From: Balanoglossus misakiensis
Lineage: Eukaryota > Animalia > Hemichordata
Direction of reading: 5' to 3'
Length of the DNA: 64,000 nt
Assembly (NCBI GenBank): GCA_040954595.2
Contig: CM082593.2
Span: 1,622,901 to 1,686,900 of the forward strand
Below the pieces are notes generated by a model. The model did not search any database. It was not told the origin of the DNA and saw nothing but the letters and a program-made list of their open reading frames with translations. Every line of letters begins with the position of its first letter. Position 1 is the first letter of the stretch. A program made the translations under genes and the position numbers. Below are positions 41,401-55,000 of this stretch, in pieces.

Positions 41401-43897
41401 TTACAATGCGATATCCACATATACCCCTTTTGGGGAGTCTAACCATTCTCAGCAGATTAACCATCTGTGGTTGTGAATATTACATTGCTGCAAGATGCTG
41501 TCTTGATGTTATCGAAGGTAAAGAAGACCAAATCCAATCACTGATTGAGAATGAAGTCCCTGGAAAGTTTCTTCTGAAATCATCTATAACATTTGTCCCA
41601 GTTGTCCGAGGTCACTCATAGGTTTCCATACTTCCATGAACTATAGAGTGACTTGTGTCTAGAAACGATTTGCATTAAATTCAAATTAAAGTGGCAATCA
41701 CTTTATCAAAGAAAGCCTCTGCCTTGTAATGTGTTAATTGTCTAAATGCCATCTTCTAAAGGAAACCCCTAAAAGATACAGTGAGACATTCAGTATAATT
41801 GACTCTTCTTACTCGCCAACTGTCGTTGGGAATAAGCCATGCTTGGCTTCATCTTCAAGTTGATGGGTAGTATAGTACCCTATGCCATTAAGTGCATTCC
41901 CATTAAACCCACTTTAATCATATGGAGTAGAGGCATCAGTTTAATATCGCAGGTGTCCCATTAAATTCGTATCAATGCTATTAGGACTGGTTTAATTTCT
42001 TAGGTGTGCAATGGAGTTATTTATGCATTACCTATTTGCATGTCTGTTTACAAACTAGAAGAGTTTGACTCTTTTTCCAAGGAAAGAGTGAAAGAGTGTT
42101 TGGAAGGAGAATTAATACCGAGAAATTTCACATACAGTTGCCGCCATAAACTTCTGTTAATCATGCAGTGCCTCTAAATATTGTATGATGTACATCAGAG
42201 AGGTGTCTCTTACAAAACAGCTCTTTCTTGTGCAGGCTCCACAAAAGCTTTGCGGCAACATTCGACAAATTAATTACACAGACTCGCTTTACATCATGTA
42301 TACGTGTCAACTCTCAGGTGAAGACCTAGTAGCCTTGTGTGTCGTTACATTTAATGGTCTTGATGAAGATGAAATCTTTATGTTCCCAACCTCTAAGTAA
42401 GATTATAAAATTTTGATTAATGGATAAAATCTCCACGGTTTATTACCCTAGCAGAGCATCATCTTTTCGAATTCTGCGTTTGGAACATGCTTTTCATATT
42501 TAATTCATGGCTTGAACTGAGAATGACCTTGTTTATGGTACAATATAACAAGTTTACAGGTTGCAGTTTACGATTTTGTTATGGTTGCCCGACCTTGAAC
42601 GGGGCAGAAATAAAAGCAGATATATGGACAAAGACCAAGAAGTGGTTTAAGGTGTTTTGAAAATAGTAAGCCACCCTGCCCCATGGCACAACACACCATT
42701 TAAGATATCGAAGAGACACATACATGGACAACTGTCTGGTAGCCAGACGATAGAGAGACAGAAAGTCATTGGTACCAATTAAACTCCCATGTGTGTATTC
42801 ATGATAACCGATTCCTGTCACCCAAGTGCCTAATTTACTTTTCAAAAAGCCAGGGAGGGCGACATTTTGTAATTGTATTCATTGATTTTTGGCAAGTCCA
42901 TCACATCCTATTAAAATTTGATAGGGTCCAGTGGGGTGGGGAAATGAGGACAGTCTTTAATTATATCCGCAATCAAGTTAACATGGCTTGGACTGTTAAG
43001 CTGTCTCGAGACTTCAAGAGCATGTATCAGTGCATGTGAAATGTTATGAGGAAATCTCTTATTTAGGTGCCTGGGTGACTGGGATCTTAACTTTGGGCGA
43101 TATAAACAGAATGTGTTACGCCATCAGACTTTTTTTCCTGTACCCAATGTCCTGAAGGAAAGTGTCTAGGGTTACCGGCTGGCGTGATTAGAATATAAGC
43201 TGCTTAGAGCTTTGATGTCTCTGCTAATCAGGCACAGATATGAGCTAATGTCTAACCATTGGTGGAAATCTGCCGGCGTTCTTACTAATCCAACCCACAC
43301 AAACATCAGCACGTTTCCAATTCAGCTCACGTAGCATGGGAAATTTAATCAGACATGGCCTTGTGGGTTTACGTTATAACACAAAAACCCTTAGTGATTA
43401 ATAAGGACAATCATATTATTGCATGCAAAATTTATCAGTGTTAAGATCAAGTAACTTACAACACGTCATACACACAAACCCTCAGTGTGATTGATATGGA
43501 CATATGATTGCATGCATAATTTATCAGTATTAAGTTGAATGTAGGTATAGTCTACACCACATCTCATATCAATATCACTGTCCCGTGAGAACGTACAGAG
43601 TAATAGGCGATTATAGCGAGAAAGATGATACAGATGAACATCACTGGGGGACACCTGTTATCAACTTTTATCACTAAATAATCAAGATACATAAAACTAT
43701 ATAGCCATGGTTTAGTATTGCTGTGCGTGATACGGAAATTGAAACTCCTTTTGCCGCAGCATGAGGAAGTTTGAAATTGATATGTTTGCTGTCAACTTGT
43801 CAAACTTTATAGGCCTGCTTGTGTAACTCTTTAAGAGTTTTGAAATTGCAGAGATAGTTAGGTAAAAGACATTTAACAGTGATCTTGGAGCAATACT

Positions 43898-43954
<57 letters not shown>

Positions 43955-46900
43955 GGTATCCTATGTTTAATTGGAGCAATACTGTTTGTTTAATTAATTG
44001 AAATTTACATTAACAATATGCACAGACCATTTGCTTCTCCGAATATTTGATAAAATAATTAGTATATCACTCGTTTCCTTCCTCATTCGATATCACACAG
44101 ACAGTGGGAAATGTTGCTCTTCATTCAGATGATTCTTTCGACAACCCATGACTGTGTTAAAACTATTCAGCTGATGGCTTAAGGACACAGTCAATCTGTC
44201 TGTTTGAATTGAAAGAAAGATATCACCTGGCTATAAAATCAAACAGCTTTTGGCCAAAGGCATGGGATTTGTTTTGACAAGATGTGCATTATTCTGGTAT
44301 TGAAGTTGATGGTATAACTTGTTAAACATTTACAACCACAGTATCATCTAGGGCATAATCCCCATGAGTTTATTTCACCACTAATGATTTGAGGCGTGTA
44401 ATCCACCAACAGGATTGCATATGGCTTTTGGGAATATGGCCCATTTGAAGTACAGTAGCCTTTTCAACATAGCACCATACTTACTGCCACATTCATTCAA
44501 GAAACTGGCTGATTACAATCTTTATAGTCACAACTCACTTTCAAGTAAAAAATCCACTTATTAAAGTGTTCAATCTTTCCTTTTTACAGGTTTCAGTCAT
44601 AGCCAGCACTCTCACACTTACTGCTGTGGGCGTAGACCGCTATTTTGCTGTCATTTATCCATTGAAAGTACGGGTCACCAAGAACAGGGCCAAAGTTGTC
44701 TTTATCCTCATCTGGTTCCTGGCTGGTTCCTTGGCAACCATTCAAACAGCCTTTGTCCGTGTGGAGCACAGAATATACCAGGATGGGATCATTTATTTTT
44801 GCTCGGAGTCATTTCCGGATGCCAAGTTTGCCAAGTGTTATGAGATTTTCATGTTGTTGGTCATGTATGCCACGCCACTGGGTATCCTATGTTTTACATA
44901 CTCAGCTGTAGGAATACGCCTATGGGGCAGGAAAATCCCGGGCAATGCTGATCATAACAGAGATCAAGGACAGGCAAAGGCCAAGAAAAAGGTGGGTATG
45001 AAATTTTACCAAAGATTAGCAATTTATTGGTGTAGTCTTTTAATGATACACATTGATCTAACTAATTCAGTAAATACAGAATATATACTTCTGTCTGCTA
45101 ACTTACACACGCAGTTTGGCTGAACAAACAATTTTTTTCAGACATGTCAGTCTGTCTCATGCTGACACATTACCATAAAGTGTGGTGCCGCCTAAAATTA
45201 ATGTCACAGTTTGCTATGTACGCTCTCGTATGTGGAATGAGATATGACCTTCCAGAAAGCAACCGCTACTCTCGAATGTAAATTGTATTGAATGACTAAA
45301 AAACTAACATAGAATTTTGGGGGATAGAATGTATCCAATTTTGTGCAGGTGACATTCAGCATAAGCTAAAGGAAGTGTATGATTTGCAGTGTATGATTTG
45401 AAATTACACTGTGGTACACCATCTCTCTTGGGGTATGAATTACATCAATACAGCAAAGTGGCATCATAGCATATTAAACACAACATTGCCCAAAGGAGAA
45501 TGATAGTGCCATTTTCTATTACCATTTTCCCTAAGGTCAAGGAGTTCTTCAAATCACAATATGTCATAGTGGGAGCTTGCTATCACACTGTAGAATGCAA
45601 AATTGTTGGTAATATTTGAGGAAACCTACTTATTTCTTGTGTAAATTTGAGGAAAATGCATATCTCATACATGTCTTAGAAACATGACACACATGTAGGG
45701 CATATACATGGCCTACATGTGTGTATACGTTTTGTATTCCATTGGCAAAATGGCTTGATGACATTTGCATTTCATGGACCAGATTCTCATGTGTATTATT
45801 ACAGCACTTTATCCATTTCCCCCAAGCCTGTTCAATTTCATGATGTAACATCCATCTTCTTTCCCAATTTTGTACAATCAGTGTATACAGTAACCAGGGG
45901 CTTCTTTTTGTAATCTAAAGAGCTTTCTCCTTATAGTTAATATGATGATGCAATTACACTTAAATCAAATATCAAATGTGACATATATCCGCTTGTAGCA
46001 CTTCCTTGAAAACTTACTTGAAGAGAGAAAAGTTAAACCAAGATATCTAGTGTTATTAGATTTTCTATCATTAAATTGCCATTTCTATTGATGACAAATT
46101 ATTTCTGATTTAATACTCTACCTTCATGTAGATAGGTATAAATATGAATTTAAAATCCCAAGTTTCATTTATAAGCATTACCTTTTCTTCTTGATAAAGT
46201 GCTAAAATATTTTTTTTCCAATTACAGGTGATCAAAATGCTGGTTATAATTGTGCTATTATTTGCTGTGTTCTGGTTACCCGTCCACGTCTTCAAGATTA
46301 TAAACACCTTCTACCCTAAACTATACGGAGACTTGAGATACCAAGCGACCATGCGTACCATGAATTGTTTTGTACTGTGGTTTGCCACATCACACAGTTT
46401 CGTCAACCCACTGGTATACAGCATTCTCAATGACAGTTTCAGGGTAAGGTAACAATGTTGCTCATAATTTGAATTAAGTAATGGTGGAGCATAGTGCAAA
46501 TTTACTGAAGTACGCACGATAATTCAGACATTTCATATTGAAACAGTAAACACGAAGGCAAAATATGGAATGAATTGGTGCAATGGTTTGTTTTTCCAGT
46601 ATGTTAATGTAGTTTTGAAAATGATTTATCCCTTTCACCACCATGATTCAGTCAAAAACCACTATCTCAGTATTGAAGTACTGGCAATGAAATACCTCAT
46701 ATACCCAGTGATTTTGCAACTTTACCTAGGTATCTCATTTAAATATAAGTAAAGAATTGACACTTTGTATCCATTCAATGAGAATGAAATCTTGTCTCAA
46801 TTTCAGAATGACCTCCAGGCCTTGGCACGGCGATGCCGCGGTGGAATTTTCGGAAAACGCCAGCATCGCTTCATCAAATCCCGTAGATTGAACAGCCGAT

Positions 46901-47022
46901 CATCCAGTTTATCCACAAGTGTAACTACAAGCCGCACAGTGTCATCCGCGTCATTTCTTGGAAGAACGACAACTCCAAGGGAGAAAATTGTCAAAGTGCA
47001 GCTACATGAAAATCCTGAATGA
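35420..47022 (+). CDS. Rhodopsin-class neuropeptide GPCR (tachykinin / leucokinin / luqin-RYamide / GPR83 receptor neighbourhood), about 405 aa, 4 exons
   Basis: Exons 35420-35803, 44590-44991, 46228-46443 and 46807-47022; all phase-0 GT-AG introns. Motifs GN (TM1), LAVAD (TM2), WIFG..MC, DRY, ECL2 Cys, LWGRKIPGNAD..RD...KAKKKVIKML, FWLP, NPLVY and a Ser/Thr-rich tail. N-glycosylation sequons NIS, NGT and NWT. Confidence 0.93.
38637..38763. repeat. Diverged tandem duplication, about 67-bp period, 2 copies, in GPCR intron 1
   Basis: aaattgcagtcatacatacaacatcaagaagaatgttaat...ttcagcaat versus aaattgaagtcataaattcaacatcaataagaatgttaat...ttcagcaat. Confidence 0.7.
43885..43987 (-). mobile_element. 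Extremely 5'-truncated retroposed insertion: 17-nt body plus about 55-nt poly(A), flanked by a target-site duplication
   Basis: TTGGAGCAATACTG(TTT) occurs at 43885 and again at 43971, enclosing T55 (43899-43953) and GGGTATCCTATGTTTAA. Confidence 0.85.
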
Positions 47023-47292
47023 GTCGAATAAACTTGATATTAAATCAGAAGTTATTAGATTTAATTACACTGATATGGACGTTAAAGTCCAAAATAAAGT
47101 TTATAACTGTTTTTTTATTAATTTATTGAGATGGTTAAAATAAATTGTACATACATTTAAATTTGGGAATATTATTTATCAATGTGGTGTTATTTGGCTG
47201 CAATTTTAAGAAGGAAGAAGTGGTTATGTATGTTGGAAATAAATTATAAGATTTTTCACATTTTGCCTCGCCTTTGTGTAAGACCACTTAAG

Positions 47293-47399
47293 TTTCTTCT
47301 TTCATACATCATTTTTTGAAAGATTATGTTTCTTCTTTCATACATCATTTTTTGAAAGATTATGTTTCTTCTTTCATACATCATTTTTGAAAGATTATG
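47293..47399. repeat. 3 x 36-bp tandem repeat downstream of the GPCR stop codon (possible 3' UTR)
   Basis: Unit TTTCTTCTTTCATACATCATTTTTTGAAAGATTATG; the third copy has one T fewer. Confidence 0.95.
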
Positions 47400-50300
47400 A
47401 TTTATTGTTATTTTGGGATTTAAACTACCTCATAATGTTTTGAATTGTTGAAACGGAGACCTAATGTATCAGACAGAAAGCTTGCGAGGTACCTTCTTAT
47501 ATGACAGCAAGATTAGCAGAGTTATTGTAGATGTGTACAAATGCAGAGAAAATCTACAGAGAAGCTTAAGTTTTTTGAAGGCTTTTGATGTCTTGCACAG
47601 TATTCATCATTGCTGAATCACTGTCCTTGGCCTAAGCAAGGAATGCTGTCACTATGTTTGGACAGAGGCTCCATGTAATATATATCTGCAAGAACTTCTT
47701 GAATGATTTTACTAATCTGTACTTTCACATTGACCTAAATGCTTGTAAATTGTGTCTTGCTAGAAAGTTTTCATGTGAATCACTAACACCTCTGGTAAAA
47801 TGCATGTAAGTATATGAAGAACTGTATGCTTCAAATATCTGTCTCTGTTTGTCTTTGTGACAAGGGCATTTCAAAATCAATACTTGTTCTGAATTTCAGT
47901 GGTTGCTGATTAGGTGTGCACATCTGAATATTACAGTAGAATATAGCGATTGTTTTATCGCAATGTAGACCGTCATGACTCAGCTTTTTACATATCTCTT
48001 TAAAAAAAAAGAATTACTATTACTTGAATAACTTGCTTAACAGATAATTTCACCATTTCCCTTTACAATTGATAAGTGTAACATTAATATAAACTATTGT
48101 TGAATTATTTGTTTATACACAAAGATTTCAAGTGTGTCCACAGTTGTTACCAAGAGTAATGTAGCAGCAGCAGAACACAACCACTAAGTGAAAATTTGTC
48201 TTTGCTTTGCCTTAGTGAAAGTTGATCTGATCTTTTTTGTCCTTGGGTGTATTGTCAAAAGGCACCTGCAAATGTTACACCACTTTCAAGCACATAAATT
48301 CCAGTTTAGCAATTTATTTAAAATTGATTACCGAATTCAATCGTAAGGAGGTTTTTGTGAGCATTATCATCGATGGGTTTTCCTATCTAAGATGAAGCTA
48401 ATAACTATCTCCCATTATAAGCTTACGCGAATAATGCTATGTACAATTGGCACCTTTGGAATATTTATTGCACATATCAATCTTTTATTTGAAAGAGAAT
48501 TTTACACATATGCTGTAAATTGAAATGTTTTATCACAATAAAAGTGTCACCCTTTCTAGCATATTCTCAACTTGTGTGTGTGATTGTGTTGTTGGTACAT
48601 CTTCTGTTGATGGATTAGTCCTGCATTAATTACACATGAGCCTACCGGCCAGTGAGATACAGGGGCATCAAAAGGCAAATAATTTACGCGTCTATGACAC
48701 CATTAATATACCGGGCAAAACTCTGTCCTACTTTAGATGTTTTGTCATGATTGGTATATGAAAAAGTGAAATTCAATGAAACTGATAAAATACATGGCTT
48801 GTAGGCCTAGTTGCTGATATTTGTGACACAGTGAAATATGTATAAAGGCAACAGCTTGATCAATTTGATATTCTAATATTTTTATCAGTGGTGCCGTGTA
48901 TATCACCACCGGGTATATTGATAACTGACTCTTCTCAGCATCTAATTCTGCAGTGTGATGTAGATACATGAACTCTGAAGGTTAAATTCATTCACATTGC
49001 CTCCGATGGGGTGCAAATACGCACGATCATAGCAGGGCTTATTCTTCACAATCCATTAGCAAACACTCACATACCTTTTTGTCTGCAACGTCTACTCTCC
49101 AGGGAGTCTGGAAATTAAGTCACTTCTGAGGATTACAGTCGTGTTTCCCTGACACAAAACAAACACGTGGAGTAAAGTTTGCTATTCTATCTCCCAGTAA
49201 TGGAATACTACACCTAATTCAGGAGAACCAATTACAAGATTTTCAATCAGTCGGCACAATAGTACAAGCTTGTAGTCTATGGGAGAGATTTTCAGAAAAA
49301 AAAGATGGTCCTCAATTCTTTTTTGAAATCAAAGAAGAAGACATTGTTCACTGTCTTGGTTTTTTATACAAAAATCACTACTTCAATTTTTCTTCATAGA
49401 GGTAACACAGAGATTGGCAGCCATTTTGCATTTTTCAAATTTGAGACAATTGTTTAAACAATTCAAAGAAAACTAAGCCATTTCTTACTGATTCTTATTA
49501 ACTAGTTACTTGAACCCAAAATTGTGTGAAATCTAACCCTTTGAACTTTGGAAGATCATGACAGAAAGGAAGTTGGTGGAAACAAGATCATGATAGGCTC
49601 TGTGACGGCACATGGAATTTGACAACTATTCATTTGCGTGTGTGATATCAATGAAAGGAATACACTGATATGTCAAAGAAACTTCAGAGCACGGCCCAAG
49701 GCCAAGCTGCAAATCGTGTTGTTGCCTGAGCTTCATCTGTTATTATTTTTTTACCAGCGTGTTGAATTGAATGGGAACAAGGCAAAGACCCACATGTTGA
49801 AGAGATATTCGGTGCACAAATGAGGTGCCGCTAGCTTGGAATTGTTGTGCCAAAGAATAGTCTTTGTAAGTAGCATTCAGTCCATCACGTATCCGAAATA
49901 TGTATGGGTGGTTGGTTGGTCATGTGTTTGTTTGTTTGTGTATGTGTTTGTGTGTGTGTGTAAGAGATACAGAGTAGGTGGATGGCCATGTACTTGTTAA
50001 TTGCCCCAGCTAAGCCCCCTGACAGGCATTACCAAGAGATTATCATTTGCAGAGGATTAAGCACAACATATGCATCACTAGGTCAGCTGAGACTCACTTT
50101 ATAGTGTTGATGGGTATGATCAGAATTATTCCAAATAAACATTACCCTGGCTTCTTTTTGAACCGACTGATCAGTGGTCAAATGAACAAACTATCTTGAC
50201 ACACTTTGTAATATATAGGCGTAAATGGCTGTAGTTCTGTTGTTACTGAAACTCCTATTTGTCTGTTTTATATTAGATATTGATAATTCATTGCAACCAG

Positions 50301-51170
50301 AGACAGACTGACACAAACACAATTCTCCAGAGTTGTAGATTGATTGGTATATCGACAACCAATTCTCTGGTGATTTGCATACATCTGGGATATACTTAAA
50401 TCATTAAGTATTTATACCTTTTAAAGTGGAAACTAGAATCTCAAGTAGAGTCATAACACACAAAATCCATGTATCGATTCTTCTACTTGTACCTGATAGA
50501 ATTTCACACATGTCCATGTATAGTGTATGTCGACGTAATTAAACCATGCATGCCCAGCTAGTATGTTAACATTTCAGTGAATTTGTTGCCAAAGGGACCT
50601 ATAGATCCACCGGTATCTCTTACTGTTGGTGCCACATAGGCTGACTATATTATCTTCATGATTGGGCCAAACAGAACTGACCTGTTGAGCATATATTCAA
50701 ACGAATGTCAGCATTTGCTTCCAAAAAATCATTTGTGGTATAAATCTGTTATACATTTGGCTTTCAAATACATTTGGAAGTAAAGTGTATGTCACCTATG
50801 CTTTAAGTGAGAATGCAATCTAGTCTTATCTATGTGAAACATTATTTTAGGGGTGTGGATTTAGACTAGTGGTTTTGTTAGCCGTGCTTGCTATGAGAAT
50901 TGATGTGGTAGGTCTGGGTTCGAATAGCATAAAATGCACTCGACGTGAACGTTCTTGGATGTATGCAATGTGTAATAGTGTCTGAGCAGCTGTTGTGTGC
51001 ATGATTGGTAAACTTTAAATGTTTGAAGAGAGCCAACTAATTAGCTTGATTATTAAACCATCTGTACTTAATGGGTAAGGATGTGGTCGAGTAGTGTTGT
51101 GTGTAGACGTTCTTGTTATATGGTAGCTAGGTTTGAGTCCTAAAGCAAAATCACCGAGTAAAAGATGAAA

Positions 51171-51278
51171 TGTGCCGTCCCCCAGGGTTCGGTGTTGAGT
51201 CCTGTCCTGTTCACACTCTATACTGCACCACTTGAAGATACCATTGGTTCAGTATACATGAGATACAGTTTGCAGATG
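51171..51278 (+). mobile_element. Degenerate LINE (CR1/L2-like) reverse transcriptase fragment
   Basis: Translates to AVPQGSVLSPVLFTLYTAPLEDTI, the GVPQGSVLGPxLF motif of non-LTR RTs, followed out of frame by an FAD remnant of the YADD box. Confidence 0.8.
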
Positions 51279-52029
51279 TTTGCTTTGTTTTTTGTTGGAT
51301 GAAATGTATGATACTCGGTAAAACAATGTTGTGCTTGCATTAATGTTGTAGCGCACAGCTGGACATGAATGCACGTATCATTAAACTCTCATCTAATCCC
51401 ATTGTTGTTTCATAGCGAATGTGATTTTCTTGCTCCATCCGTTCTTTATTTAGTGTTGAGTCACATTTTTATTGTGTATTCAAAATTTCTGTGGGAGATA
51501 TGATGTTGGATTAAGACACAATAGATAAAACATTTATTGGTTGTATCGGTCCTAATTGGCAGGTGTAAGTAACGCAACTTGGTTTCCATGGATCCAATTA
51601 AAATTATGCTCGCATGGTGTCCACTCAATCAACAGACTAAGCCTACACTATACACCTGAGAGAAATCATCCAATTTAAGTATTACACATTAAGGCTGCCG
51701 AATTTTTGCAGTTTCTCAGCTGTGATGGCTTTTGGGAACAAGATGTGTGCATATTTTATGAGAAATCACAAATCAATCAATATGTATTGAAGCACTGCGG
51801 TTCGTGAACGTTTTTTGAACGTGTACTTTGTGCATCATATCTCGCACCATGCATACATATGAATGCAAATTTTGATTCTCCAAAAAAGTAGGCCACTTCT
51901 TACAGGTGAATAATCTATTTTAGGAGATATAACACACCCGTTCTAAGCCTGTTTTGTTAATTTTCCTTTAGTTTTCATTTCCATGTGCTCTTGTTCAAGG
52001 GGTGCAACTCAATATCCAATCGAAATCCA

Positions 52030-55000
52030 TCAGACAAGAACATGCCACTGTGCCACAGCACTTCTAGGGGCCGCCATCATGTCATTCCAATGAGCCAGTC
52101 CATCTCCTGTAGAGTATCTGTCAGGGCCGACCACCACCCGCCCTAGCACTTTGGGATAGGCGAAGGCACCACTCTGATACTGCATCGATGTTACAATACA
52201 GGTGCTGCCAGTGTTGATGTCTGGAAGATCCATGGAGAACGATTCGTTGAACTCCGGATGGGCGTCATTTCGGATGGTTGCAGTGCGCTTTGTCTTTATC
52301 AGTCGACCAGCTGTTACCATCGTCAGCTTGACCCAAAACCGGATATCTGTGATTTTAGAAAAATAGTTTGCTTATATTTAGTATAGACTTCAAAGTCTGA
52401 AACTTTGCAGTTTCTCGAAGAGATCGAACAAGAATTCTTGTCGAAAATCACGCCACACGTTTCTCGTCAGTATGGCTACACATGATGGTGCCCTCTCTAT
52501 AATCCAACAGAATCGATTAGAAATCATGCCCTTTTCATTCAGAGGATGGAACTCAAGGAGAAAAATCACCTTGAAAGACATTTGATTTCGGAGTGGTTTT
52601 TGATAACAACACGACCGTGACCATCATAATAATGATGACATGCTGTAGGCGTTTTTGTTCATTCCCCACAGTTCACTTCAGTTGACATCACACCGCATAC
52701 ATCTTGCACACTCTTCATCCAAGGTAGACATTTTACATTTCATTCCATCCGAAGGGCAAACACCAATTAGAGAAAAGATGATAGTGATATATCCTCAACC
52801 CATATAGGATTAGGGAGACTCAATTTCCCCCTCTCAAGGCCAGAACTTCTCGTGGACCTCGAACTCAAGATTCTCTGATAGTGAGGCCGGTGTATACTAA
52901 ATATCTAGTAGCCGCATGACTACTCATTGATGGAACTAAACATGTATTGTACGTGTTACCGGTCTGCGTTGAATCAGTGCGTATACATTGTAGGTAATAA
53001 CAATATTCGGAATGCTATAGTTAATCAAGAAGAGACAACGTTTTGGTCATCTTTGACCACAATAGGATTTGCTTTAAAGTTCTGATTTTGGAAAACAAAT
53101 ATTCGAGTAACAATAAGCAGGTTTCAGCTAGTGGCCATTTGACATTTTACATATTGGCCACAACAGGAATTTTTGTTATTCTAATTCCTTGTAATGTGAC
53201 CTCTCAAGATGTCTTCATTTCCCTACGTGATATGTAAGACATGGCTTACTAAGTGATATTATTAAAGGTCACGCATATTCGGATTTTAATGCAAGATGTT
53301 AGATTTTGTAGTCTCGAGCCTAAAGCAGCGAGATATAGTTACATGGTTTCGCAAGTTCAAATGGTCTTGTTTACAGGATGCAGCGGAAAAGAATCTCCGT
53401 GCTTGACGTCACTGTTATTCTCCCCTGAATCTCCCTCACTCACGTTATACTGACAAACATCAATCCAGAAATGTTGTAAAGATTCGCCCCGAGCTGACTC
53501 TTTTCGAAGATTTTTTTTCTCCATTCCAGGTGCCAATACAGAGTGTTCATTACACGGAACTCGCAAATGCGTATTCCTTCGCAAAGAGCACATAAGTACA
53601 CCCAAGTAGATCAGGATAATCTCCCGTTACTTCTGCGAAACCGCAGCTCAAAGGTCATGAGATTATCTTATAGACGTGTATTCCAATTTGATACTACTTC
53701 TGCCAATTGCGAGATATCATGAGACTTGGTTATTAACCTAGAAACGGAATGCTAGCAAATTAATATGAGTCAAGCTTTGTATGGAATTAGACTAGGTGCA
53801 GAGTGTACATTTTGTGCCCCAAACACGATGGGCCTTGTATTGTCTGTATTGTGTCGCGTAAGAATGTCCTCACGTACATTTTTGTATAAACTGCCTATTG
53901 GCACGTGTGATCTCGCGGGGTTACACGGAATTCGGAAAATGGTTTATTGAAACATATTTGCCAAGTATTCATAAGAATTATAATGAAATGGTTGTGGTAT
54001 TCTCATCCTGAGGATCTGGGATATGGTTTCTCACACGACTCGGGAATATCTTTGATGATGACAACAACGATACTACTAGGCATATCATTGGAGTTCAGAA
54101 TTTATTTTTCAAAGTCCGTGTCTCGGAACGTGTTCGACTCGTGCAACAATTTACTTTCATCTTAGAATGAAGTGACGGAAATGAATATTGAATTACCATG
54201 CATGTCACGTGTCTCTTTTCCTGTCCTACCCTAATGCAGTTGGGGCAATTCAGGAATTGCAATACCAGTATCAGAAATGCTACCAAGATAGTCACCATTT
54301 GGACATGACGAACCGAACATGAACAACCCTTAAGGTTATTGCCAAGTACTATGAACACATGCGTCAAGGAGTAATTGCTCCGGAGTACGGTTACTAAAGT
54401 AAAGGACCTCGAACAAGCATAGGTATTAACTAACCTACGGAGTGTCAGTGAATAAACATATTACTGAGCACCTATTAACGTATTGTTACCAGGATTACAT
54501 TTTGCAATCCAAAATTTGAAACTGACTTTGAACCAATTTAATATCGACTTCAGTCATCGCCTTCATGCTTTCAAAAGGCATAAGATAGTCGAAATATGAA
54601 GTTATACATATAAGTCGCTTATCAGGTGTCGCCAACAAAGCCACAGTGACAAAATCTTGCATTGAGTAAGCAAAATCGAGGATCGGATACTGACAGCCGC
54701 CAACGATTTTGCACCTGATACTCTACAGACTGTCGGGAAATCCTGTAGTAATTAATGCTAATTGCCAGATTTTGTGGCGAATCCCGTGGCGGCTATATAC
54801 ATGGAGTCACCTGTCGGTATCGGATAAAGGTATGCGTTGGCAGATTTCAATGGTTTGTACTGAGAGCTGTCGGGATTAACCTGTATTACCATCACTGGCA
54901 TCGTTCGTATGCATACTTCACGAAATCTCTCAAAGGTCGCGGTGTATTAGGAACGCATTAATCTGTGGTATGAACTTGCACGGGAACTTGGCAGAAGTTC

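Noticed and set aside
51078-51145. tRNA-like A/B boxes (TGGTCGAGTAG ... GGTTTGAGTCC); similar traces near 50870-50925 and 52850-52910
   Set aside because: No cloverleaf can be folded. At most decayed SINE heads, too weak to call.
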